Below, piece after piece: positions 1 to 10,945 of a DNA stretch of 64,000 nt. The stretch spans positions 1 to 64,000 of the forward strand of contig JAXLNO010001745.1 in NCBI GenBank assembly GCA_038087875.1. The letters run 5' to 3'. Source of the DNA: Malacoraja senta. Lineage: Eukaryota. The notes below the pieces were generated by a model. It did no database searches, was not told the origin of the DNA, and saw only the letters and a program-made list of their open reading frames with translations. Numbering within the stretch: position 1 is the first letter of the stretch; each line of letters begins with the position of its first letter. The position numbers and the translations under genes were made by a program.

Positions 1-3000
1 GTAGAGCAGAGAGGGGGAAGAGTGTGGAGGGAGAGTTGAAGTGGGAGGGGTAGGGACAGTCCATCTGTTACCCATTCCCTATCACCCCCAATCCTCTTTC
101 TCTATTGCCACACACGTGACGACGCCCTTCGACACAGGCTGTGGGGGTTGGGGGGAGGGGCTGGGGCTGGGCTGCTGCCAAGGCATATGTAAACGGATTC
201 ATTTCGATTTGTCACACGTGTCGCAGGGCGTCGCCACGTGTGTGGGGGTGATAGGGAATGGGGAAATTTCAAAATGTTAAACAAACAGCTCTCAGCAATA
301 GAATGTAAATGAAGGTTCCGTTTTGTGATGTCACAATGCCCAATGCTGCGGGGGTTGGGGGGGAGGGGCCGGGGCTTGGGTCGCAAAGGCATATGTAAAT
401 GGATCCATTCCGATTGGACATCTGTGACCATTGTGCATTGTGACATCACACAACGGAATCTTTACGAACATTCTATGGCTGAGCTGTTTTTTTAAACATT
501 TTGAAATGTTTGGTTTGGGGGGGGGGAGAGGTATTTTATTTTAAAAAGCGTACGTAAACACGAACAAATTTAATCAGGATCGTCTATTCGTAAAGATAAA
601 CGTAACCTCTTTAGAAACGGTAAAAAATATCGGCGTTTCCGCGCGCCGCGCGGGCGCGGGGCGGTATCAAAGGCGGGAAAGTCAAGCAGAACGTTGGACG
701 TACAGACGTACAGCCGTACAGACGGACGACAGCCAGAGAGTTTTATATAATAACTAGACCAAGTGCAGACCCGTTGGGTCTGGACACCGAACGTGCGTTT
801 GGGGCGGGGGGCTGTGACGTCACACTAACCACCCGTTGGGTCTGTACCTCCAAAGCAGGGTTGCGGGGTGTGAATCTGGCACCCACAAACACACACACTC
901 ATCACACCCCTTTATATTATATTAATATTTTAATTTTCTTCTTTTATTCCATCTCCACCCTATCCACTGACGAATAGCCCTCACCTCTCAGGTACGTCTC
1001 GAGGGGGGGTGGTGCAGAGAGAGAAAATTTAATGTTAGAAAAAAAAATTGTGAGGTGGGGGAGGAGGAGGGTTGAGAGGAAGGGGGTGAGGAAGGTGGGG
1101 AGAGAGGAGGGTGAAAGAGGAGAGGGGTGCAGAGAGGAAGAAGAGGATGGGGAGAGAGGTGAAGGGGGTGGGTTGGAGCAGGCGTGCATGAGTTGAGTCG
1201 CGGGCTGTGAAGAGAGAAGGGCAGAGAGAGAGAGAGAGGGGAGAGACAGATAGACTGGTACACACAATAAAACTCGAGAAAGACTGCGGGTGCAGCAGCA
1301 TCTATGGAGTGAAGAAATAGGCAATGTTTTGGCGGAAACCCATCCTCAGACGGGTTTTCACGAAACGTTGTCTATTTCTTTTGATACATAGATGCTGCTG
1401 CACCCGCTGAGGTTATGAAGCGTTTTTTTTGTGTACCTTTGATTTTCAAGCATCTGCAGTTCTGTCTTAAAGACAGAGAGACTGTTGGCGGGCTGTTTTC
1501 CCAACGCGCGTTTGCGGGAGGGGAGGGGGGCTGCGGCATCACACTCACACTAACCACCCCCCAAACACAGGCGGGGGGAGGGGTGGAGAGGAAGACGGGG
1601 TGGGGAGAGAAGAGGGGAGAGGGAGACGGGGTGGGGAGAGAAGAGGAGAGGGGGAGGGAGGGGAGAGGGGGGGGAGGAAAGGGGAAACATTGGTGAGGGA
1701 GAAGAGAGCAGGGTGGGGGAGAGGGAGGGGGAGGAGAGTGGTAGGAGAGCGGGGAGGGCAGGAAGGGGGGAGAGGGGGGAGGGGATGTTAGAGGTGGAGA
1801 GAGGGGATGAGGGGAAGGGGAGAGGAGTAGGGGGTTGGGAGAGAAGAGGGGGGGGGAGAGGGAGACGGGTTGGGAGAGAAGAGGGGAGGGATGGGAGGGA
1901 GGAGAGAGGGGGAGGAGGAAAGGGGAGAGATTGGTGAGGGAGAAGAGAGCAGGGTGGGGGGGGAGGGACGGGGAGGAGAGTGGGGAGTGGGAGGAGAGCG
2001 GGGAGGGCAGGAAGGGGGGAGGGGGGGGAGGGGATGTTAGAGGTGGAGAGAGGGGATGAGGGGAAGGGGAGAGGAGTAGGGGGGAGAGAGGGAGGGGGGA
2101 GGGATAGAGGTGGGGGAGGGAGAGGAGCAGAGTGGTGAGTGAGGGGCAGAGGGGTAGCGGGGAGTGGTGCAAGAGAGGGGAAGGGGGTAGGGGGGAGATG
2201 GGGGTGAAGAGGGGTGGTGGAGGGGGAAGAGAGGGTGTGGGAGGGGAGGGAGGGGGAGAGGAGAGAGGGGGAAGAGTGGGGAGGGAGAGTTGAAGTAGGA
2301 GGGGGAGGAACAGTCCATCTGTTACCCATTCCCTATCACCCCCAATCCTCTTTCTCTATTGCCACACACGTGACACAGGTTGCGGGGGTGGGGGGAGGGG
2401 CTGGGGCTGGGGCTGCTGCCAAGGCATATGTAAACGGATTCATTTTGATTGGATATCTTTGAGCATTGGGCATTGTGACATCACAAAACGGAACCTTCAT
2501 TAACATTCTATTGATGAGAGCTGTTTTTTTAAACATTTTGAAATGTCCCCATTCCCTATCCCCCCCACACACGTGGCGACGCCCTTCGACACAGGCTGTG
2601 GGGTTGGGGGGAGGGGCTGGGGCTGAGGCTGCTGCCAAGGCATATCTAAATGAATCCATTCCCATTGGACATCTGTTAGCATCGGGCATTGTGACATCAC
2701 ACAACGGAATCTTTACTAACATTCTATGGCTGAGCTGTTTTTTTAATCATTTTGAAATGTTTGGGGGTGGGGGGGGGGGAAGTATTTTATTTTTAAAAGT
2801 GTACATAAAAACGACCAAATTTAATCAGGGTTGTCTATTCGTAAAGATAAACATAATCACAGGCTGTGGGGTTGGGGGGGGGAGGGGCTGGGGCTGGGGC
2901 TGCTGCCAAGGCATATGTAAACGGATTCATTCCGATTTGTCACACGTGTCGCAGGGCGTCGCCACGTGTGTGGGGGTGATAGGGAATGGGGACATTTCAA

Positions 3001-6000
3001 AATGTTAAACAAACAGCTCTCATCAATAGAATGTAAATGAAGGTTCCGTTTTGTGATGTCACAATGCCCAATGCTGCGGGGGTTGGGGGGGAGGGGCCGG
3101 GGCTTGGGTCGCCGCAAAGGCATATGTAAATGGATCCATTCCGATTGGACATCTGTGACCATTGTGCATTGTGACATCACACAACGGAATCTTTACTAAC
3201 ATTCTACGCCTGAGCTGTTTTTTTAAACATTTTGAAATGTTTGGTTTTGGGGGGGGGAGAGGTATTTTATTTTAAAAAGCGTACGTAAACACGAACAAAT
3301 TTAATCAGGATCGTCTATTCGTAAAGATAAACGTAACCTCTTTAGAAACGGTAAAAAATATCGGCGTTTCCGCGCGCCGCGCGGGCGCGGGGCGGTATCA
3401 AAGGCGGGAAAGTCAAGCAGAACGTTGGACGTACAGACGTACAGCCGTACAGACGGACGACAGCCAGAGAGTTTTATATAATAACTAGACCAAGTGCAGA
3501 CCCGTTTGGACTGGTCCCCGAAAGTGCTTGACACCCCGGGGTGTTGTTCCCGAACGTGCTTCAGACCCCGGGGTGAAAATCTGCTGAAAAGAAGATGGCG
3601 TCGTTTTCTGAAAAAATCGGAGAAAATCGGCGAAAAAAAGATGGTGTCGTTTTCGGAGAAAATCGGGGGGGGAAATGGCGTCGTTTTCGGAGAAAATCGG
3701 AGAAAATCGGAGAAAATCACATGGGGGTGGGGGGGGGGGGATGGATTTTATTTTAAAAACGTGTACATAAACAGGACCGAATTTAATCAGGAGTGGCTAT
3801 TCGTAAAGATAAATGTCATCTCTTTGGAAATGGTAAAAAATATGGGCCTTTCCGCGCGCTGTGTGGGCCAGGGGCGGTATCAAAGGCGGCGTACAGACGT
3901 ACAGACGTACAGACGTACGACAGCCAGAGAGTTTTAAAAGCATACTAGACCAAGTGCAGACCCGTTGGGTCTGGTCCCCGAAAGTGCTTGACACCCCTGG
4001 GTGTTTTTCCCGAACGTGCTTCAGACCCCTAGGTGAAATTTGGGGGGAAAAAAAGATGGCGTCGTTTTCGGGAAAAATCGGAGAAAATCGGGGTAAAAAA
4101 GATGGCGTCGTTTTTTGAGAAAATGGGAGAAAATCAAATTGGGGTTGGTGGGGGGATGGATGACACCCCGGGGTGTTGTTCCCGAACGTGCTTCAGACCC
4201 CTGGGTGGAAATCGGCGAAAAAAAGATGGCGTCGTTTTTGGAAAAAATCGGGGGGAAAAAGATGGCGTCGTTTTCGGAGAAAATCGGAGACAATCGGAGA
4301 AAATCACATTGGGGTTGGGGGGGATGAATTTTATTAAAAAAAACGTGTACATAAACAGGACAGAATTTAATCAGGAGTGGCTTTTTGTAAAGATAAATGT
4401 AATCTCTTTGGAAATGGTCAAAGATATGGGCGTTTCCGCGCGCTGTGTGGGCGCGGGGCGGTGTCAAAGGCCGCGCGGCAAGCAGAACGTTGGACGTACA
4501 GCCGCACGGACGGACGACAGCCACAGTGTTTTAAAAGTATACTAGACCAAGTGCAGACCCGTTGGGTCTGGACACCGAACGTGCGTTTGGGGCGGGGGGC
4601 TGTGACGTCACACTAACTACCCGTTGGGTCTGTACCTCCAAAGCAGGGTTGCGGGGTGTGAATCTGGCACCCACAAACACACACACTCATCACACCACTT
4701 GATATTATATTAATATTTAAATTTTCTTCTTTTATTCCATCTCCACCCTATCCACTGAAGAATAGCCCTCACCTCTCAGGTACGTCTCGAGGGGGGGTGG
4801 TGCAGAGAGAGAAAATTTAATGTTAGAAAAAAAAATTGTGAGGTGGGGGAGGAGGAGGGTTGAGAGGAAGGGGGGTGAGGAAGGTGGGGAGAGAGGAGGG
4901 TGAGAGAGGAGAGGGGTGGAGAGAGGAAGAAGAGGATGGGGAGAGAGGTGAAGGGGGTGGGTTGGAGCAGGCGTGCATGAGTTGAGTCGCGGGCTGTGAA
5001 GAGAGAAGGGCAGAGAGAGAGAGAGAGGGGAGAGACAGATAGACTGGTACACACAATAAAACTCGTGAAACACTGCGGGTGCAGCAGCATCTATGGAGTG
5101 AAGGAAATAGGCAATGCTTTTGGCGGAAACCCATCCTCAGACGTGTTATGAAGCATTTTTTTTTGTTTACCTTTGATTTTCAAGCATCTGCAGTTCTGTC
5201 TTAAAGACAGAGAGACTGTTGGCGGGCTGTTTTCCCAACGCGCGTTTGCGGGAGGGGGGGGCTGCGGCATCACACTCACACTAACCACCCCCAAACACAG
5301 GCGGGGGGAGGGGTGGAGAGGAAGACGGGGTGGGGAGAGAAGAGGGGAGAGGGAGACGGGGTGGGGAGAGAAGAGGAGAGGGGGAGGGAGGGGAGAGGGG
5401 GAGGAGGAAAGGGGAGAAATTGGTGAGGGAGGAAGAGAGCAGGGTGGGGGAGAGGGAGGGGGGGGGAGAGTGTTAGGAGAGCGGGGAGGGCAGGAATGGG
5501 GGAGAGGGGGGGAGGGGATGTTAGAGGTGGAGAGAGGGGATGAGGGGAAGGGGAGAGGAGTAGGGGGAAGAGAGGGAGAGAAGGAGGGGGATGGATAGAG
5601 GTGGTGGAGGGAGAGTGGAAGAGTGGGGAGTGAGAGAGAAGGGAGGGGGAGAGGGGTGGGGGAGGGGGTTGTGGAGGGAGATGGGGTTGGGTTTGGGAGT
5701 TAAGTGGAAGAATGGGGAGGGAGATGAGAGGTGTAGGGGGAGTGGTGGAAGTGGGAGAGAGGGAGGGGGAGAGGTGTAGGGGGAGTGGTTGAAGAGGGAT
5801 AGCGGGGTAGGGGGAAGGGGACGGGGTGAGAGAGGGAAGGGGGATGTGGGAGAGAGTAATGGGGGTGGGAGGAGGAGGGGGATGAGAGGGAGAGGGGTGA
5901 GGAGAAGGGGATGGAGAGGGGGAGGAGAGAGGGGTGGGTAAGGCGAGGAGAAGGGTTGAGAGGTGTGGGGGAGGGTGGAGGGTGGCGACGGGGTTGGGAG

Positions 6001-7648
6001 AGAAGAGGGGGGAGGGGGGAGAGGGAGACGGGGTGGGGAGAGAAGAGGGGAGGGATGGGAGGGAGGAGAGAGGGGAGGAGGAAAGGGGAGAGATTGGTGA
6101 GGGAGAAGAGAGCAGGGTGGGGGAGAGGGACGGGGAGGAGAGGGGGAGTGGGAGGAGAGCGGGGAGGGCAGGAAGGGGGGGAGGGGATGTTAGAGGTGTA
6201 GAGAGGGGATGAGGGGAAGGGGAGAGGAGTAGGGGGAAGTGAGGGAGAGAGGGAGGGGGGAGGGATAGAGGTGGGGGAGGGAGAGGGGAAGAGTGGTGAG
6301 TGAGGGGCAGAGGGGTAGCGGGGAGTGGTGCAAGAGAGAGGGAAAGGGGGTAGGGGGAGATGGTGGTGAAGAGGGGTGGTGGAGGGGGAAGAGAGGGTGT
6401 GGAGGGGAGGGAGGGGGAGAGGAGAGGGAGGGGAGAGTGGGGAGGGAGAGTTGAAGTAGGAGGGGTAGGGACAGTCATCTGTTTCCCATTCCCTATCACC
6501 CCAATCCTCTTTCTCTATTGCCACACACGTGACGACGCCCTTCGACACAGGCTGCGGGGGTGGGGGGTAGGGGCTGGGGCTGGGCTGCTGCCAAGGCATA
6601 TGTAAACGGATTCATTTCGATTTGATATCTTTGAGCATTGGCATTGTGACATCACAAAACGGAACCTTCATTAACATTCTATTGCTGAGAGCTGTTTTTT
6701 TAAACATTTGAAATGTCCCCATTCCCTATCCCCCCACACACGTGGCGACGCCTTCGACACAGGCTGTGGGGTTGGGGGGAGGGGCTGGGGCTGGGGCTGC
6801 TGCCAAGGCATATCTAAATGAATCCATTCCCATTGGACATCTGTTAGCATCGGGCATTGTGACATCACACAACGGAATCTTTACTAACATTCTATGGCTG
6901 AGCTGTTTTTTTAATCATTTTGAAATGTTTGGGGGTGGGGGGGGGAGAAGTATTTTATTTTTAAAGTGTACATAAAAACGACCAAATTTAATCAGGGTTG
7001 TCTATTTGTAAAGATAAACATAATCACAGGCTGTGGGGTTGGGGGGGAGGGGCTGGGGCTGGGGCTGCTGCCAAGGCATATGTAAACGGATTCATTTCGA
7101 TTTGTCACACGTGTCGCAGGGCGTCGCCACGTGTGTGGGGGTGATAGGGAATGGGGAAATTTCAAAATGTTAAACAAACAGCTCTCAGCAATAGAATGTA
7201 AATGAAGGTTCCGTTTTGTGATGTCACAATGCCCAATGCTGCGGGGGGTTGGGGGGGGAGGGGCTGGGGCTGCTGCCAAGGCATATGTAAATGGATCCAT
7301 TCCGATTGGACATCTGTGACCATTGTGCATTGTGACATCACACAACGGAATCTTTACTAACATTCTATGGCTGAGCTGTTTTTTTAAACATTTTGAAATG
7401 TTTGGTTTGGGGGGGGGAGAGGTATTTTATTTTAAAAAGCGTACGTAAACACGAACAAATTTAATCAGGATCGTCTATTCGTAAAGATAAACGTAACCTC
7501 TTTAGAAACGGTAAAAAATATCGGCGTTTCCGCGCGCCGCGCGGGCGCGGGGCGGTATCAAAGGCGGGAAAGTCAAGCAGAACGTTGGACGTACAGACCT
7601 ACAGCCGTACAGACGGACGACAGCCAGAGAGTTTTATATAATAATAGA
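1..7648 (-). mobile_element. Head-to-tail array of at least 5 non-autonomous Helitrons
   Basis: 3' ends on the minus strand read hairpin CAGACCC-AAC-GGGTCTG, 8 nt, then CTAG|T, at 754, 3485 (degenerate hairpin), 3945 and 4542. The outermost 5' end TCTATTATTATATAAAAC is at 7648. Units: partial (1-753), 754-3484, 3485-3944, 3945-4541 and 4542-7648. No RepHel ORF. Confidence 0.75.
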
Positions 7649-7670
7649 TAGATAGATAGATAGATAGATG

Positions 7671-7726
<56 letters not shown>
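7645..7726. repeat. (GATA)n microsatellite
   Basis: About 20 GATA units abutting the Helitron 5' terminus. Confidence 0.97.
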
Positions 7727-7727
<1 letters not shown>

Positions 7728-7886
7728 CCTTGAGTTCACAAACTGTCTGGGCTAAAGTTCACAGACTCTCCTTTTCAAGGAGTGAGCAGTTTTAAGCAAA
7801 CTGACTTCAGCAAATCCTTACAAATTCCATCACCCCCCCACTTTGATTCATCAATCAATGCCAGAGGGAATGAATCATCTAAGTAA

Positions 7887-8557
7887 AGGGGCCTGTCCCA
7901 CTTACGTGTCCTTGGCACGCATATTACGCGTTGAGCCACGATGGTCGGGCGCGATTACATGCGTACGCACAGCCGTCTGGAGCGCGTGACGTCATTTGAA
8001 GATGGACACAAAGCTGGAGTAACTCAGCGGGATCGGCAGCATCTCTGGAGAGAAGGAATAGATGACGTTTCATGTCGAGACTCTTCTTCAGTCTGAAAAG
8101 AAGGGTCTTGACCCGAAACATCACCCATTGCTTCTCTCCAGAGATGCTGCCGGTCCCGCTGAGTTACTCCTGCATTTCTTGTTTATCTTCAATTTTCTTG
8201 GCCCCGCTCTGGGAGTAGAAGTGGGGGCGGATCCGGACCTCAACGGCCATGAGCCCCAGGCCGAGTTCGGCGATCGTTTGCCTGCTTCTGCTGCTGTTGA
8301 AAGTGAGACTTTGCGTCGCGCCAGGGTCTTGGGCCTGTCCTACTTTGGCCGTCAGTTCCGCGACAGGCCGTTGGCGCGCGAAGATTTCGTTCACTACAAA
8401 ATTATTGGAGCCCCGCGCGATGTCGCGCACAACTACATACCCCTCCGCGCTTCTCAGTGAGACCGGTCCCGCGCGGCCATACGATGCCCGTGAGCCTCAA
8501 CGCGACCACGAGGTCGCATAATTTGTGTGCCAAGGACACGTAAGTGGGACAGGCCCT
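7887..8557. mobile_element. PIF/Harbinger-type MITE
   Basis: TIRs of about 30 bp (AGGG(G)CCTGTCCCACTTACGTGTCCTTGGCAC) flanked by a TAA target-site duplication (7884-7886 and 8558-8560). Confidence 0.75.
8003..8178. repeat. Fold-back short element related to the Penelope 3' tail
   Basis: Inverted pair of the CCAGAGATGCTGCC..CCCGCTGAGTTACTCC module. The same module ends the Penelope copy at 14810-14940 and recurs many times in the window. Confidence 0.7.
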
Positions 8558-8934
8558 TAAAAATACCAAGGAAGGGTAGCGCAGCTACACATCACTGGAT
8601 ATCTTTAACCTGTTCAATCACTGGATATCTTTAACCTGTTCAATGCCACCGCCGAGTACACTAAGGATCATGGCCAATAGTGAAAAATAAACTTGGCAGT
8701 GAACAGCTTAATGGTCTCCATATTTTAGAGAAAGCCTTCAATTGCCATGAGGGGTGAGCCTTATTATATCTATGTTTCTCTAAATATAGGACGCACTTTT
8801 GTGGTAAAAGATGGGGTAGCTCGGGCCTCGAAAAGATCCAACCTTATGTGCAGCTTTACATTTGTTTATATGCAATAAGCAAAAAGAACACAATAGAAGA
8901 TTAAACATGATAATAACTATAAGCAAAGCCAAGA

Positions 8935-9135
8935 GATCGTGGCCTTACACGAGTTGCTGCCTTGCAGCACCAGAGACCCGGGTTTGAACCTGACTACGAT
9001 TGGTGACTGTACGGAGTTTGCATGTTCTCCCCGTAACCTGTGTGGCTTTTCTCTGAGATGTAGGTAAATTGGCTTGGTATAATTGTAAATTGTCCCTAGT
9101 ATGGGCTGAAGGGCCTGTTTCATCACTGTATCTCC
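8935..9135 (+). mobile_element. tRNA-derived SINE (decayed)
   Basis: Shares the GTTGCTGCC..CAGAGACCCGGGTT..GGAGTTTG..GTTCTCCCC core with the other copies in the window. Confidence 0.75.
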
Positions 9136-9559
9136 AAAGCAGTGGTTCTTAACCTGGGGGGTCGTGACCCCCATGGGGGTCATTTGGGGGGTTTCCGGGG
9201 GTCATGAAGGGGTTGTAAAGAACATCAATTTGTTGAGCCTATTTTGAGGAACCTAACAAAGGTACATACCACACACAGTATTTTGTTCACGAATGCGCGT
9301 ACGGATACATAGGGCCTATGAGAGGGGGGTGCAGGGGGTACATCGTACCCGGGCCCAGAGTCCAATAGGAGCCCGGGAGCTGAAGGAGGGGGGGTGGGAA
9401 TTTCGTGAAATCTCAGAAAATGTTTGCATATATTTTGTGAAGACTAGCATTCACATTTTGTGCCTTCAGAGTTTTATATATCGTAATTCGTAGAAATTGT
9501 GATCCATAATATAGCAGGGAATTTTAACTGGCGGGTGTGTGGTCGGGGTAACCTGATTA

Positions 9560-9815
9560 AAAGAGGGGGAAGGGGAAGAACCATCACTACTCATGGGTCT
9601 TCCCTGTAGGAGGAGGGAGAGCACTAGGACCCAACAGTCATCACTACTGATGGATCTTCCCTGTAGGACAAGGTGGGGGGAGAGCACTAGGACCCAGCAG
9701 AGTCATCACTACTGATGGATCTTCCCTGTAGTAGAATGAGGGGGGGGAGCACTAGGACCTAGCAGAGTCATCACTATTGATGGGTCTTCCCTGTAGGAGG
9801 GGGGGAGCACTAGGA
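9560..9815. repeat. About 60-bp tandem repeat inside the hAT element
   Basis: About 4 copies of catcactactgatggatcttccctgtagga...gagcactaggacccagcagagt. Confidence 0.85.
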
Positions 9816-10436
9816 GCCAGCAATCAGACCATGTGCTGTCTGCATGGTTTAGGTTGTGGGCCTGGTGCTATGCTGGGAACTCTGGTGAGGTGACGGCTCT
9901 GGCCCGCTGGTGGAGAGGCGAGGGTCGGCAGAGTCGCTGGTGGAGGCCCGTGGGGAGCTGGAGTAGAGATATAGGCAGCAGCATCATTGGCTTTCTGAAG
10001 ACAGTGAAGGTCGGCGACAGTGGCTGCGGTGGCCTCGCCCGGGGAGGTGGTGAGAGTCAGGAGCCGCGGCTGTTTCAGTGGTCCGGGCCTGGGTTTGGAT
10101 CAGTATGTGGATGGGTGGGTGAGGGTGTGTGGGTGTGTGTGGATGTGTGTGGGTGTATGTGAGTAGGTGAGTGAGTGTGTGTCTGAGTGTATGTGTGTTA
10201 GTGGGAGGGTGAATTTTATAAATGAAGTTAAAACCATTAGATCTGTTGAACTTGTTAACAGACTATTGACTTGGTAACCTGTTTCCAAATGTTTGTGTTA
10301 GCTTCAGAATACTATTAACATTTCCAGCAACAGTAGCTTCTGCAGAGAGGTCATTTAGCAAACTCAAGCTGATTAAGAATTATTTAAGGTCGACAATGTC
10401 TCATGAACGTCTTGTGGATTTGGCCAGGCTAAGTAT

Positions 10437-10945
10437 TCAAAGTCAGTTTTATTCATCACATACACACGAAGGTGCAGTGAAATGAATTTGCCAGCAGTGA
10501 TACACGTAAAAAGAACACACAATACACAATAAAATTGAACACAAACATCCACTACAGCATTCTTCACTGTGGTGGAAGGCAACACGTTTCAGCCAGTCCT
10601 CCTCCTTTGTTCACCCGTGTTCGGGGCCATAACCCCTCCGTAGTCGCATCTAGGGACGGACCGATGTACAAGGCACTCTCGTCAGGATGATCCAAACTCC
10701 GACGTTGGGACGGACAAACACACTATGCGGCTTGGAGGTCCCGACTCGGCACTTTCCTACTGGAGACCGCAGCTTCAGGATGTTATAGGCCGCAGGCCAG
10801 CGGTTCGAACTCGTCTCTGGTGATCCCCGGCAAGGGATCCCAGACTCCGGATGGTAAGTCCATGCCACGCCCGCGGCTAGAAGCTCCGCAGACCACAGCT
10901 CCACGGTGTCAACGTATTGAATCAATAGTATTGAATCAAACATTG
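10437..10945 (-). mobile_element. GC-rich non-autonomous retro-element with a Rex/Babar-like 3' tail
   Basis: Minus-strand AATAAA-type tail plus a GC-rich body similar to 13350-14020. The family name is an inference. Confidence 0.5.

Noticed and set aside
944-6599. Long Pro/Leu/Ser-rich or Gly/Glu/Arg-rich ORFs (up to 407 aa)
   Set aside because: They are translations of low-complexity purine/pyrimidine tracts inside Helitron units, with no domain signature.
8591-8642. Perfect 26-bp direct duplication
   Set aside because: A simple local slippage event with no associated structure.
8790-8920. Acceptor-like site ctaaatatag| as a possible alpha1 exon
   Set aside because: Frames close early and show no alpha1 motifs.
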